Of a stretch of 64,000 nt of DNA, positions 1-9,077 are shown piece after piece. The notes under the pieces are model-generated. The model saw only the letters and a program-made list of their open reading frames with translations, had not been told where the DNA came from and made no database searches. Location of the stretch: assembly GCA_965205505.1 (NCBI GenBank), contig CBDBHB010000008.1:1056001-1120000 (forward strand), read 5' to 3'. A program made the translations under genes and the position numbers. The DNA is from Acidobacteriota bacterium. GTDB lineage: Bacteria; Acidobacteriota; UBA890; WLXD01. Each line of letters begins with the position of its first letter. Within the stretch, counting starts at the first letter, position 1.

Positions 1-313
1 CGACGAGCGCGCCGTTGACGTCGATACCTTCCGTCGTGAGGTTCTCGCCGAACTCGCCATACTCGAGCGAGCGCCCGAGATCCTCCTTCCACCACCGCAT
101 GTCCTCGATAGCGTAGGCGTAGACTGCCTTGTCGGGCCCACCGTGCGCGGCGCGATCGGCCTGGTCGTCGCCCTCGAGATTTACCCCGCGAGCGGCTACA
201 CGACCCGCGACCGGCGCCTTCCAGATCGCGCTGACGGCAGGGCGGCCATTGAAGTCGAACTCGCGGACACCACCGACGTTCACCGATAGAAGAGCACCTC
301 GAGCGAGTACCAT
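1..313 (-). CDS. MOSC domain-containing protein (YiiM-like), runs off the window edge
   Basis: Manual translation MVLARGALLSVNVGG...SAIWKAPV...LEGDDQADRAAHGGPDKAVYAY...GEFGENLTTEG; GGAGG-like RBS upstream of ATG at 313. Confidence 0.85.
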   Translation of the reverse strand, partial: MVLARGALLSVNVGGVREFDFNGRPAVSAIWKAPVAGRVAARGVNLEGDDQADRAAHGGPDKAVYAYAIEDMRWWKEDLGRSLEYGEFGENLTTEGIDVNGALV

Positions 314-415
314 TTCTTCCTCCGATCATGGTCGTCCAAACGACGCTACCTGGCTGGCCGGAAGGTTAGTCTGTGGACATCATTGCCGACAGATCGCTGC
401 TCAGAAGCTTTCGCA

Positions 416-1189
416 TCAGACTCGCGCGTCAACGTAGTGAGTGGCCCAGGCGGCGAGCAGCTCGGCCGCATATCGGGCGTCCCGTTCCTTCGAAAGCAGA
501 TGGTCAGCACCATCCAAGGAGATAAGGCTCTTGGGATGTCGAGCCACGTCGTAGATCCTGGCGGCGTGATCGATACTGACAACGGCGTCCGTCGGGGCGT
601 GCATCACCAACAGCGCTCGATCCAGGGTGGCGATCGCTTCGTGAAGCTTGTGCGCCTTCAGGTCGTCCAGTAGCTGCTTCTTGATAGTAAAGGGCCTGCC
701 GCCGAGCTCGACCTCGGCCTCATCGCTCTCCTCGAGGGCAGGCGCGATGCGCACCAGTGTCTCGCTCAGATGCCTTGTCTCGCTGGGTGCACCCACGGTG
801 GCAACAGCGAGCACCTCCGGAACACGATGCGCAACGGCCAGCGCCGCCGCACCGCCGAGGCTGTGTTCGATCAGAATCTGCGGCGCGCGGTACCGCTGGC
901 GCATGAAGTTGGCGGCCGCTACCAGGTCTTCGAGGTTGGAAGAGAAGTTTGTATCGGCGAAATCTCCTTCACTCTCACCCAGGCCTGTGAAGTCGAAACG
1001 CAGCACGCCGATACCGCGACACGCCAGCGTCTGACTGATCCAGCGAGCACCCTTGAGATCCTTTGAGCACGTGAAGCAGTGGGCAAACAGGGCATACGCC
1101 CGGGGCTCGTCGACGGAGCTGTCGAGGCGGGCAGCAAGCTGGACGCCGGAGGCCCCAGGAAACCTCAATAGCTCGTGCCGGGTACTCAA
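416..1189 (-). CDS. Alpha/beta hydrolase (like the N-terminal domain of OsmC-fused hydrolases)
   Basis: ALFAHCFTCSKD, LRFDFTGLGESEGDF, HSLGG, HPKSLISLDGADHLL; TTG start at 1189 after AAGGAG. Confidence 0.85.
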   Translation of the reverse strand: MSTRHELLRFPGASGVQLAARLDSSVDEPRAYALFAHCFTCSKDLKGARWISQTLACRGIGVLRFDFTGLGESEGDFADTNFSSNLEDLVAAANFMRQRYRAPQILIEHSLGGAAALAVAHRVPEVLAVATVGAPSETRHLSETLVRIAPALEESDEAEVELGGRPFTIKKQLLDDLKAHKLHEAIATLDRALLVMHAPTDAVVSIDHAARIYDVARHPKSLISLDGADHLLSKERDARYAAELLAAWATHYVDARV

Positions 1190-1366
1190 ATCTGACGCTC
1201 CTTGCTTGATGCTCGGCCCGCGGCGATCCTCGCGGAGCTCCCGCACCCGTCGAGGTGCGACCTCCGCCGTAGAATCGCACCAACGGAGCCCACCGCGACC
1301 ATGATCAACTACCCTGGCGGAACAGATCCCGTAATCGGATCGATCTTTGCCATAGGACATTAGCGA

Positions 1367-2824
1367 ATGAGCGCCCTGATTTGTTCCAACAGAACTGTTC
1401 TCTCTCCCGGCCATCCGGTTCGCTGCTGGGCAACAGCAGTTTTGGCGGTTGTCCTGGCTGTGTCCTTGGGGGCGTGCTCGCGAGTCAGGCCCCACACCCA
1501 GCCTGACGCTTCGTCCCATCTGGAGACCATCTCCTTCGGCTCCTGCTGGCACGACGACACCGGGACCACCGGGCCGACAATCAGTCGCCTGGCCTCCCAG
1601 GATCCCGACCTGTTCTTGTGGCTCGGGGACAACGTCTACGCCGACACGACGGACATGGCCGAGATGCGCGACACCTACGACGCCAAGAAGAACGGCGCCA
1701 CCTATCGGCCTTTTCTTCAGGCGCGTATACCCGTGATGGCCACCTGGGACGATCACGATTTCGGTGAGAACAACGCCGGAGACAACTATTCCAGCCGCGC
1801 CGAAAGCCAATTGGAGTTCCTGCGCCATTTCGACGTGCCGACCGACGATGTCCGCTATGGCGTGCAAGACGGGGTCTACAACGCCACGTTGTTCGGGTCT
1901 GCAGCGCAGAGCAACCGGGTGAACGTGATCATGCTGGACGCCCGCTACCATCGCTCCCCGACCTTCCTCGAATACGGCGCCTGCCAGGGGGCCGTCTCCA
2001 CCATGCTGGGGAACGATCAGTGGTCGTGGCTAGAGCGACAGATGAGTGCGACCTCGGAGATCACTCTGATCGCCTCCGGCACGCAAGTGCTGCCGCCGCT
2101 CAACCGGGACAGAGCCCTGACGGACTATTGTGCGTACGGGGACGGTACGGAGTTCAACGCCGCCATCGCCAACCTCGACGAGACCAACGATTCGGGGACG
2201 GAGTACGAATCGTGGGCCGAGATGCCGGCAGAGCGGGAACGGTTGCTACGCCTGGCCCAGAAAGCCGTCAACACCGGCAAGACCAAGCTGGTGATTTTCG
2301 TCTCCGGGGATCAGCACTGGGGCGAGCTGCTGCAGAAGACGACGCCGCCCTCCGCCGCGGAGGGGCCGGCGGTGACTTTCTATGAAGTGACGGCGTCCGG
2401 GTTCGATCAGAACTTCCCAGAAGATGTGCCCAGCCCGAACCGCCTTCCGGTTTGGGCCGACACGCAGGGCAACGGAACGTACGACAACCGGTGCAAACTT
2501 CCGTTCAGCCATACGGGCACGACCTATGAAGGCTGCACCAGGGCAGACCGCACGGCGCCATGGTGCTACACGCAGTTGGACGCGAACGGGAACGGCGTCC
2601 CCGCCGCATGGGGCCATTGCGCGCCCGCCGGAGCGACGATTCCGACTGGTCAGGCAGGGGTGATCAGCAGCAACATTTCTGCCTACACAACGCAGGACCG
2701 ACACATCATCAACAAACCGGAATCGAAGTACGGCACCATCGAGATCGACTGGGTCACCAAGAAGGTGACCCTCAAGCTCGAAACCCCGACGGAGGTCGCC
2801 GTCTCGACGATCATTCCCTTCTAG
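1367..2824 (+). CDS. PhoD-family alkaline phosphatase, probable lipoprotein, with an FN2-like insert
   Basis: FGSC, WLGDNVYAD, TWDDHDFG, MLDARYHR, SGDQHW motifs; LGAC lipobox. Confidence 0.85.
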   Translation: MSALICSNRTVLSPGHPVRCWATAVLAVVLAVSLGACSRVRPHTQPDASSHLETISFGSCWHDDTGTTGPTISRLASQDPDLFLWLGDNVYADTTDMAEMRDTYDAKKNGATYRPFLQARIPVMATWDDHDFGENNAGDNYSSRAESQLEFLRHFDVPTDDVRYGVQDGVYNATLFGSAAQSNRVNVIMLDARYHRSPTFLEYGACQGAVSTMLGNDQWSWLERQMSATSEITLIASGTQVLPPLNRDRALTDYCAYGDGTEFNAAIANLDETNDSGTEYESWAEMPAERERLLRLAQKAVNTGKTKLVIFVSGDQHWGELLQKTTPPSAAEGPAVTFYEVTASGFDQNFPEDVPSPNRLPVWADTQGNGTYDNRCKLPFSHTGTTYEGCTRADRTAPWCYTQLDANGNGVPAAWGHCAPAGATIPTGQAGVISSNISAYTTQDRHIINKPESKYGTIEIDWVTKKVTLKLETPTEVAVSTIIPF

Positions 2825-2906
2825 CAGGCTCTAGCAGGCCGCGCCGACCAGATGATGTAGACGCTGTACTATCGTCGCAACGCCAACCACAACTCGGGGA
2901 CACATC

Positions 2907-3041
2907 GTGCTCGTACCGATGATGATCGCGCTGGTCACCGTCATCCTGGCCTTGGGGCTCGCCTTCGTGCTGGCTAAACGGGCGCGCCGGCAAGCCAGGG
3001 CCGTGCTCTCTGGTGAGCACGGCCCGTCGGAAGGCACCTGA
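2907..3041 (+). CDS. Putative 44-aa single-TM small protein
   Basis: MLVPMMIALVTVILALGLAFVLAKRARRQ...; GGGGA upstream; stop abuts a GTG at 3043 in the next gene's frame. Confidence 0.4.
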   Translation: MLVPMMIALVTVILALGLAFVLAKRARRQARAVLSGEHGPSEGT

Positions 3042-4659
3042 GGTGCGCGCCGTGGGAGATCTAGCTCCGAGCTTTGCGTTGTCGCGAGCCGGAGGAGAAC
3101 GCTGGAGCTCGGACAGCGAGACCGCTAGGGGCCCGGTACTGCTGGCGATTCTCGAGACCGACTGCCCGACCTGCAGGCTGGTCGTGCCGTACTTGAAGCG
3201 CCTCGACGAGACACTCGGCTCGAACCCCGGACGCGTCATCGCGATCTCCCAGGATCCGGAAGACGACACCCGGCAGATGGTCGAGAGTCTGCACATCGAG
3301 CTGCCGACGTTGCTCGATCGTGACCTCGAGGTGTCGCGTCTCTTCGAACTATCCAGCGTGCCCGCACTAATCCTCATAGGCACTGACGGACGTATCGAGT
3401 TCACCGGCATGGGATTCCACAAAGGCGACCTCAACGAGATCGCCGCCCGCATGCTCGTGGCGCTGAACCTCGAGCCCCAGACGATCGCCGAGCCGAACGA
3501 CGGCGCGCCGGAAAGCAAGCCCGGTTGCGCTTCACGGCATCTCGAGCCCCCGGTGGACATCACACTCGACCGTGCGGCTCCCATCGATCTACGCCCAGAG
3601 ACGGGAGCTCGCGCCACGCGCATCGCCGTCGACGACGATACCGATTTGTACGACTATTGCATGGAGGCTGGGTTCTCTCCGTGCCTTCCGGTTGTTCCGC
3701 CAACGGCCGCTCGGGTCGATCGCCTACTGGCAGCAACACCGCTGTCCCCCGACCAGGTGGTCGGCTTGATTCCGCCGTGCTACGGAGCGGCCACCGTCGA
3801 GAAGATCGCCGCCAACGCGGTGATGGCCGGTTGCCGGCCAGCGTACATGGAGGTACTGGTGCCGCTAGTACGCGCCGCCTGTGACGAGCGCTTCAACCTT
3901 CACGGCTTGCAGGCGACGACGCATTCGGCAACGCCGCTGACGATCATCAGTGGAGAAATCGTCAAGCGCCTCGGGTTCGGCAGCGGAGCGGGGCTGTTCG
4001 GCAATACCGCCCGAGCGAACAGTTCTGTCGGCCGCGCGTTTCAGCTGCTGATCGCAAATCTCGGAGGCGCGCTGCCGGGCGAGATCGATATGTCGACGCT
4101 CGGGAATCCGGGACAGTTCTCCTATTGCATCGCCGAAGATGAGGCCGCGAACCCGTGGGAGCCCCTGCACGTCGAGCTCGGGTTCGGACCGCAGGACAGC
4201 ACGATCACGCTGTTCGGAGCGGCCGGGATTCAAGAGGTCAGCGAGCATACGGCGCGGGCGGGCGCCTCGCTCCTGCGGACAATTGCCGCGGCGCTCGCGG
4301 TGGTCTGGAGCTGGCGTGTATGCGGACGGGTCGATGCGGTGCTGATCGTCTCTCCGGAACACGCCGCAACACTGGCGACCAATGGCTTCTCGAAAGCGAG
4401 CGCGCGCGAGTTCTTGTTCGAGCATACCGGTGTGCCGCTGCGGGCATTCGATCACGATGGCACGGAGGGAACGCAGATTCGCCACACCTACGAAGAGATC
4501 GTGATCGACGGCGAGCCGCACTACCGCAAGTTCAGCGACCCGAGCCAGATTCGAATCGTCGTCGCCGGCGGCACCGCCGGTAAGTTCTCCGCGGTGATCG
4601 GCGGCTGGCCGTCGGGCCCCGGCGGCACTCAGATCGTTACTTACCCGGTCGCGTGGTGA
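3013..4659 (+). CDS. Redoxin (AhpC/TlpA-like CxxC) domain fused to the uncharacterised domain commonly encoded beside UGSC proteins
   Basis: GDLAPSFAL...DCPTC...KPGC; C-terminal LPVVPPT...ATVEKIAANAVMAGC...QATT...GNPG; real start may be GTG 3043. Confidence 0.75.
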   Translation: MSTARRKAPEVRAVGDLAPSFALSRAGGERWSSDSETARGPVLLAILETDCPTCRLVVPYLKRLDETLGSNPGRVIAISQDPEDDTRQMVESLHIELPTLLDRDLEVSRLFELSSVPALILIGTDGRIEFTGMGFHKGDLNEIAARMLVALNLEPQTIAEPNDGAPESKPGCASRHLEPPVDITLDRAAPIDLRPETGARATRIAVDDDTDLYDYCMEAGFSPCLPVVPPTAARVDRLLAATPLSPDQVVGLIPPCYGAATVEKIAANAVMAGCRPAYMEVLVPLVRAACDERFNLHGLQATTHSATPLTIISGEIVKRLGFGSGAGLFGNTARANSSVGRAFQLLIANLGGALPGEIDMSTLGNPGQFSYCIAEDEAANPWEPLHVELGFGPQDSTITLFGAAGIQEVSEHTARAGASLLRTIAAALAVVWSWRVCGRVDAVLIVSPEHAATLATNGFSKASAREFLFEHTGVPLRAFDHDGTEGTQIRHTYEEIVIDGEPHYRKFSDPSQIRIVVAGGTAGKFSAVIGGWPSGPGGTQIVTYPVAW

Positions 4660-4693
4660 GACCATTCCCCGGCCATTTCATTGGAGCCCTGTC

Positions 4694-5230
4694 ATGTCAG
4701 AGATCCTGGTAAGTCCACTCGACGAGGCGGCACAAAGCCCTCAGGCGGCGGCGCCGCGTCTCGACCAGCTGAAGGGCAAGACGATCGCGCTCTTCGACAT
4801 CAGCAAGCGCGGCGGCAGCGTGCTTCTGGAGCGGTTGGAGCAGCTGCTGCGCGAACGCCACGGCGTGGTGGATTTCGTACGAGAGACCAAGCCAACCTAC
4901 ACGAAGCCCGCCCCGGAGGAGCTCCTGGAGCGACTCGGCCTTGCCGACGGAGTCATCGAGGCACTGGCCGACTGAGGGTCGTGCACAACGTGCAGTTTGC
5001 ACGACAGCGTCGCGCTCGAGAGCCGAGGTGTTCCCACGGTTCCCATCGTCACAGACGAGTTCCGAGTGGCCGCCCGCATCCAGGCGAGCCGGCTGGGGCG
5101 CCCCGATCTCGATGCGGTATTCGTACCCCATCCGATCCAGGATCAAACTGCAGAAGAGATCCAGGCACGGGCAGAAGCGGTGGTCGACGAGATCGTGGCT
5201 CGACTCACCGCCCCGGGCGTCGAGACCTGA
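4694..5230 (+). CDS. UGSC-family selenoprotein (Sec at TGA 4973-4975)
   Basis: ORFs 4694-4975 and 4997-5230 are in one frame, giving ALAD-U-GSCTTCSLHD...GVPTV; hairpin directly after the UGA. Confidence 0.85.
4978..5005 (+). promoter_or_regulatory. Candidate bacterial SECIS hairpin
   Basis: GTCGTGCA-C-AAC-GTGCA-GTT-TGCACGAC; perfect 8-bp outer stem starting 3 nt after the UGA. Confidence 0.6.
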
Positions 5231-6208
5231 TCACAAGCCCAGCAGCCGCCGCGCGTTGCCCCCGAGAAGCGCAGCACGGTCGGACTCCGAGACCTGCAGC
5301 GCAGCAATCGACGTTTTCATCTTCTCCAGGCTGCCGATCATGTGGGGATAGTCACTGCCGGCAACGACCTGGCCGGGTCCGGAGAATTCGATGGTCAGCT
5401 GCAGGCACGCCGGATCGAAGTTGACCGTGTCGTAGTAGAAGTCTTTCAGATACTCGCTTGGGAGCTTGCGCAGGTTCTCCCGGCAGCGGCGGAAGGCCTC
5501 GTAGCCGCGGTCGAGTCGTTCGGCAAGAAACGGGATTGCCCCGCCGTTGTGGCACAGCACCCAGCGGATGTTCGGGAACCTCTCCGGTACCCCGGCGAAG
5601 ACCAAATGCGCTGCCGCCAACGTGGTGTCGAAGAGGAATCCCACCAACGGCATGAGCATGAACTCTTCCATCGCCTCGACGCCGAGCGGGTATGTGGGGT
5701 GGATGTAAACGACGGCACCGCTGTCGTTGGCGCGCTCGTACAACGGCCAGAAGCGCTCATCCAACAACGCTACTCCGCTGGCGTTGCTGTAGAGCATCAC
5801 GCCCGGGAGCTCGAGTTGCTCGAGGAGGCGCTCGAGCTCTCGTGCGGCAGCATCAGGGTTGTTGAGCGGCAGGTGCCCCAGCGCTGCGAAACGATCGGGC
5901 TGCGCCGCCACGGCTTCGGCCAGTCCGTCGTTGATCACCGCCGCCAGCTCGGCGGCTCGCTGCGGCGACTCGATGCTGGTTCCGGGGGCAGTGAAGCTGA
6001 GCACCTGCTTGTCGACGCCGGCGTCATCGAGGACACGACGGCGATAGTCGATGTCGCGGTGGCCGAGCACGAGTACGTTGTAGTCGCCAGGCGAGTGCAA
6101 CACAGGGTTGCCGTGGTCGTCGGTGGTGATGCGGAAACTGCTGGGCCCGGCCTTGATCGCCTCGACATAGTCGGGTGGGAAGTAATGGTTGTGGAAGTCG
6201 ATGATCAT
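5231..6208 (-). CDS. Amidohydrolase-2 family protein (ACMSD/decarboxylase-like)
   Basis: MIIDFHNH, YIHP, HNGGAIPF, YYDT, GSDYPH motifs. Confidence 0.85.
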   Translation of the reverse strand: MIIDFHNHYFPPDYVEAIKAGPSSFRITTDDHGNPVLHSPGDYNVLVLGHRDIDYRRRVLDDAGVDKQVLSFTAPGTSIESPQRAAELAAVINDGLAEAVAAQPDRFAALGHLPLNNPDAAARELERLLEQLELPGVMLYSNASGVALLDERFWPLYERANDSGAVVYIHPTYPLGVEAMEEFMLMPLVGFLFDTTLAAAHLVFAGVPERFPNIRWVLCHNGGAIPFLAERLDRGYEAFRRCRENLRKLPSEYLKDFYYDTVNFDPACLQLTIEFSGPGQVVAGSDYPHMIGSLEKMKTSIAALQVSESDRAALLGGNARRLLGL

Positions 6209-7581
6209 GCGGATCTCGCTGAAGAAGACAGAGTTGTCCAGACCATATACACAGGCAGACCGGCCACGACGATGCCGAGCCCCGACAGGCTTCCGGCAGT
6301 ATCGTTGACGATGTGGTTGATGACGATGGCGAACGCGGCGAGCGCGAAGGCGATCGGTGTGAACGGATACCCGACGAGGCGATACGCGGGTAACGGCGCC
6401 GCAGATACTCGCAGCTTGATCAAGCCCAGCGCCATGACACCGAAGAATATCCACTCCGTGTAAACAACGCGCGTGAACAATGCTCGATACGTTCCCGTAA
6501 GCACCAGTGCCGACGACCACAACGCCTGCACGATGATGGCTCGATGAGGCGTGCGGAATCGCGAGTGCACCTTCCCGACCCAACCGAACAAGAGACCGTC
6601 CCGCGCCATCGCGTAGTAGACCCGCGGACCCGAAAGAACGATTCCAGAAAGGGCTCCGAAGGTCGAGAACAGCACCAGTGCGGTCATCGCCTTGCCGCCC
6701 CGGTCGCCGAGCACGGTGGCGGCTGCATCGGCTGCGATTCGCTGCGACTGGATCACCGTGTCGAGGGGTAGCAGGTAGAAATACATACCGTTGAGAGCGA
6801 TGTAGCAGGTAGTAACGACAGCCACGCCCCAGAAGAGAGCACGGGGAATCGTGGTGTGTGGCTCGATCGTCTCCTCGGCGTTGTAGCTCACCATGTGCCA
6901 GCCGCCGAAGGCGAACAGCGCCGCCGATACGGCGAGGGCAAAATCGGACAGACTGCCGCCGCCCAGGATCGCGAAGCCCTGAGCAGCAACTCCGCTCACG
7001 CCGGAATCGATCGCCGCGCCGGCGTCGACCGCGTCCTGCGATGCTGGTTGCCCCAACGCCAGCCCGACGATGACGATCAAGACGATCGCAGCCACTTTGA
7101 CCAGGGTAAACGCGGCCTGGAGATTGCTACCGTGCCGCACGCCGCGGTAGTTGACAGCCGACAACACCAGGATGGTCGCTACCGCCACCATCCGCGTCGA
7201 GGTGTCGTCGAGCGGCACGACGAAGCCCGCGTAGGAAGCGAACACCATGGCCAGGGCAGCAATGATCCCGGAGTGCATGACCCAGAACATCGCCCAGCCC
7301 CAGAGAAAGCCGAGCCAGTCACCAAATTGCCTGCGCAGGTAGACGTAGACTCCCCCGCTCGCCGGCATCGAAGATGCCAACTCGGCGATGACCAAAGCGC
7401 CGAACATGGTGAGCACGCCGGCGGTCAGCCAGACCAGCGCCGCGCCGGCCATCGACGGCACCTGCCCGATGACCTCGGATGGCTGTACGAAGATCGAGGC
7501 ACCGATGATCGTGCCGACAACCATGGCAATGGCGTGTCGCAGCCCGATGGCGCGATGGAGCCCTGTCCCTGGCGCGCTCAT
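6205..7581 (-). CDS. APC-family amino acid permease
   Basis: VGTIIGASIF, AELASSMPASGGVYVYL, FAFGGW, HSRFRTPH; many TM helices. Confidence 0.9.
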   Translation of the reverse strand: MSAPGTGLHRAIGLRHAIAMVVGTIIGASIFVQPSEVIGQVPSMAGAALVWLTAGVLTMFGALVIAELASSMPASGGVYVYLRRQFGDWLGFLWGWAMFWVMHSGIIAALAMVFASYAGFVVPLDDTSTRMVAVATILVLSAVNYRGVRHGSNLQAAFTLVKVAAIVLIVIVGLALGQPASQDAVDAGAAIDSGVSGVAAQGFAILGGGSLSDFALAVSAALFAFGGWHMVSYNAEETIEPHTTIPRALFWGVAVVTTCYIALNGMYFYLLPLDTVIQSQRIAADAAATVLGDRGGKAMTALVLFSTFGALSGIVLSGPRVYYAMARDGLLFGWVGKVHSRFRTPHRAIIVQALWSSALVLTGTYRALFTRVVYTEWIFFGVMALGLIKLRVSAAPLPAYRLVGYPFTPIAFALAAFAIVINHIVNDTAGSLSGLGIVVAGLPVYMVWTTLSSSARSA

Positions 7582-7932
7582 CCCAACTCTCGTAGCGTAT
7601 CCATCAGTCGGTCTCGTCGGAAAAGCCAATGCGGGCGTTGTTGAGGAACGCGATGCGTGTTCCGATCGCGAACACTATTCTGAATTGGCCCGAAGGCGCT
7701 AGCTGACCTCGCGCTTCACCCTGATTCGACAGCTCCGGCAGGCGCGACGCGTTTGGCTCCGACGACTGGCTGAGTAATCAGCACTACAGGTACTCGCGCT
7801 TCGGAGGTCACGCGTTTGTTGCCGATTTCGAGTTAACTTGACAGTATCTCGATCGGGATTGAACGTCGGGCGAGCGCTTGATGCTGCCCGACAAGACCGC
7901 ACTCACAACAACTCTCAAGAGAGGCTCGCATC

Positions 7933-8886
7933 ATGCAGATCATCAGTGCCGACCAGGTACATGCCGCACTCAGCTATCCCGAATTGGTCGACGCTTTGCA
8001 CGACGCTTTCGGCAAGGACTACAACCAGCCGCCGCGCCAGGTGTTCTTGCTCGATGACGCCGACGACAACTTCGACGCCTTTGCGCTGCTGCCCGCCTGG
8101 AACGACAAGATCATTGCCGTCAAGGCGTTCACCTATTTCCCGAGCAACTCACCGCCGCACGATCTTCTCTACTCCAAGATCATGATCTTCGACCGGCCCC
8201 ACGGCGTGCCCTTGGCGCTCGTGGACGGCGCTACGTGCACCTTCTGGCGCACAGGCGGCGTTTCGGGCTTGGCCACACGTCTGCTGAGCCGCGAGGACTC
8301 GTCCACCATGTTGCTGTTGGGCACGGGCAACCTGTCCACTTACATGATCCGAGCCAATGCCGCGGTGCGCCCCCTCGCGAAAATCATGGTCTGGGGAAAC
8401 CCCGATGGCATGCCCCCAGTGGCCGACGCCGAAGCTCTCGTCTCACGAGCGTCGGAAGAACTACCCGACATCGAATTCTCGGTAGTTACAGACCTCGAGA
8501 CCGCCTGCGGCGAAGCCGATATCATCGTTAGCGCCACCTCTTCTCCCGACATCTTGGTCAGAGGTGCCTGGATCAAAGAGGGCACGCACCTCGACTTCAT
8601 CGGCAACCACCACGCCGACAAGCGGGAATGTGACACCGAAACGATCACCAAGAGCCGCGTCTACGTGGACAGCTACGTCAACGCCTTCAAGGAAGCCGGT
8701 GAGATTCTGGTGCCTATCCAAGAGGGAGTGTTCACGAAGGAAGACGTTGTCGCCGAGCTGTCCGAGATGTGTTCGGGCACGGCCACGTTACGAACCGATG
8801 ACAAAGAGATCACCGTGTTCAAAGCCATTGGCCAGGCATTGACCGACCTGGTGGCTGCGAGCATGGCGCACTCGGCGTCGGAGTAG
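7933..8886 (+). CDS. Ornithine cyclodeaminase/mu-crystallin family protein (pyrroline-2-carboxylate reductase-like)
   Basis: ALLPAW, VKAFTYFP, TFWRT, LLGTGNL, KEAGEI, ITVFKAIG. Confidence 0.85.
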   Translation: MQIISADQVHAALSYPELVDALHDAFGKDYNQPPRQVFLLDDADDNFDAFALLPAWNDKIIAVKAFTYFPSNSPPHDLLYSKIMIFDRPHGVPLALVDGATCTFWRTGGVSGLATRLLSREDSSTMLLLGTGNLSTYMIRANAAVRPLAKIMVWGNPDGMPPVADAEALVSRASEELPDIEFSVVTDLETACGEADIIVSATSSPDILVRGAWIKEGTHLDFIGNHHADKRECDTETITKSRVYVDSYVNAFKEAGEILVPIQEGVFTKEDVVAELSEMCSGTATLRTDDKEITVFKAIGQALTDLVAASMAHSASE

Positions 8887-8974
8887 AGTCCGAAGCAGAC
8901 TCGAGCGTGCGCGTCTGACACTCGCTCCGTTGGGTCGGCTCGTGTGAAACCTCTGCTCGGTTGTTCCTGAAGCG

Positions 8975-9049
8975 CTCCTCGGCGCAGACGGGATGGGCCA
9001 GGTGTACCGAGCCCGCGATACGACGCTGGATCGTGATGTCGCCATCAAG
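8975..9049 (+). pseudogene. Ser/Thr protein kinase N-lobe fragment
   Basis: Reads LLGADGMGQVYRARDTTLDRDVAIK (Gly loop and VAIK). Confidence 0.8.
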
Positions 9050-9077
9050 GGGCTCCGACGTCTTGCCGGGGCCACGG

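Noticed and set aside
853-870. EHSLGG instead of GHSLGG in the hydrolase
   Set aside because: A single base change (GAA vs GGA) that cannot be told apart from error or drift.
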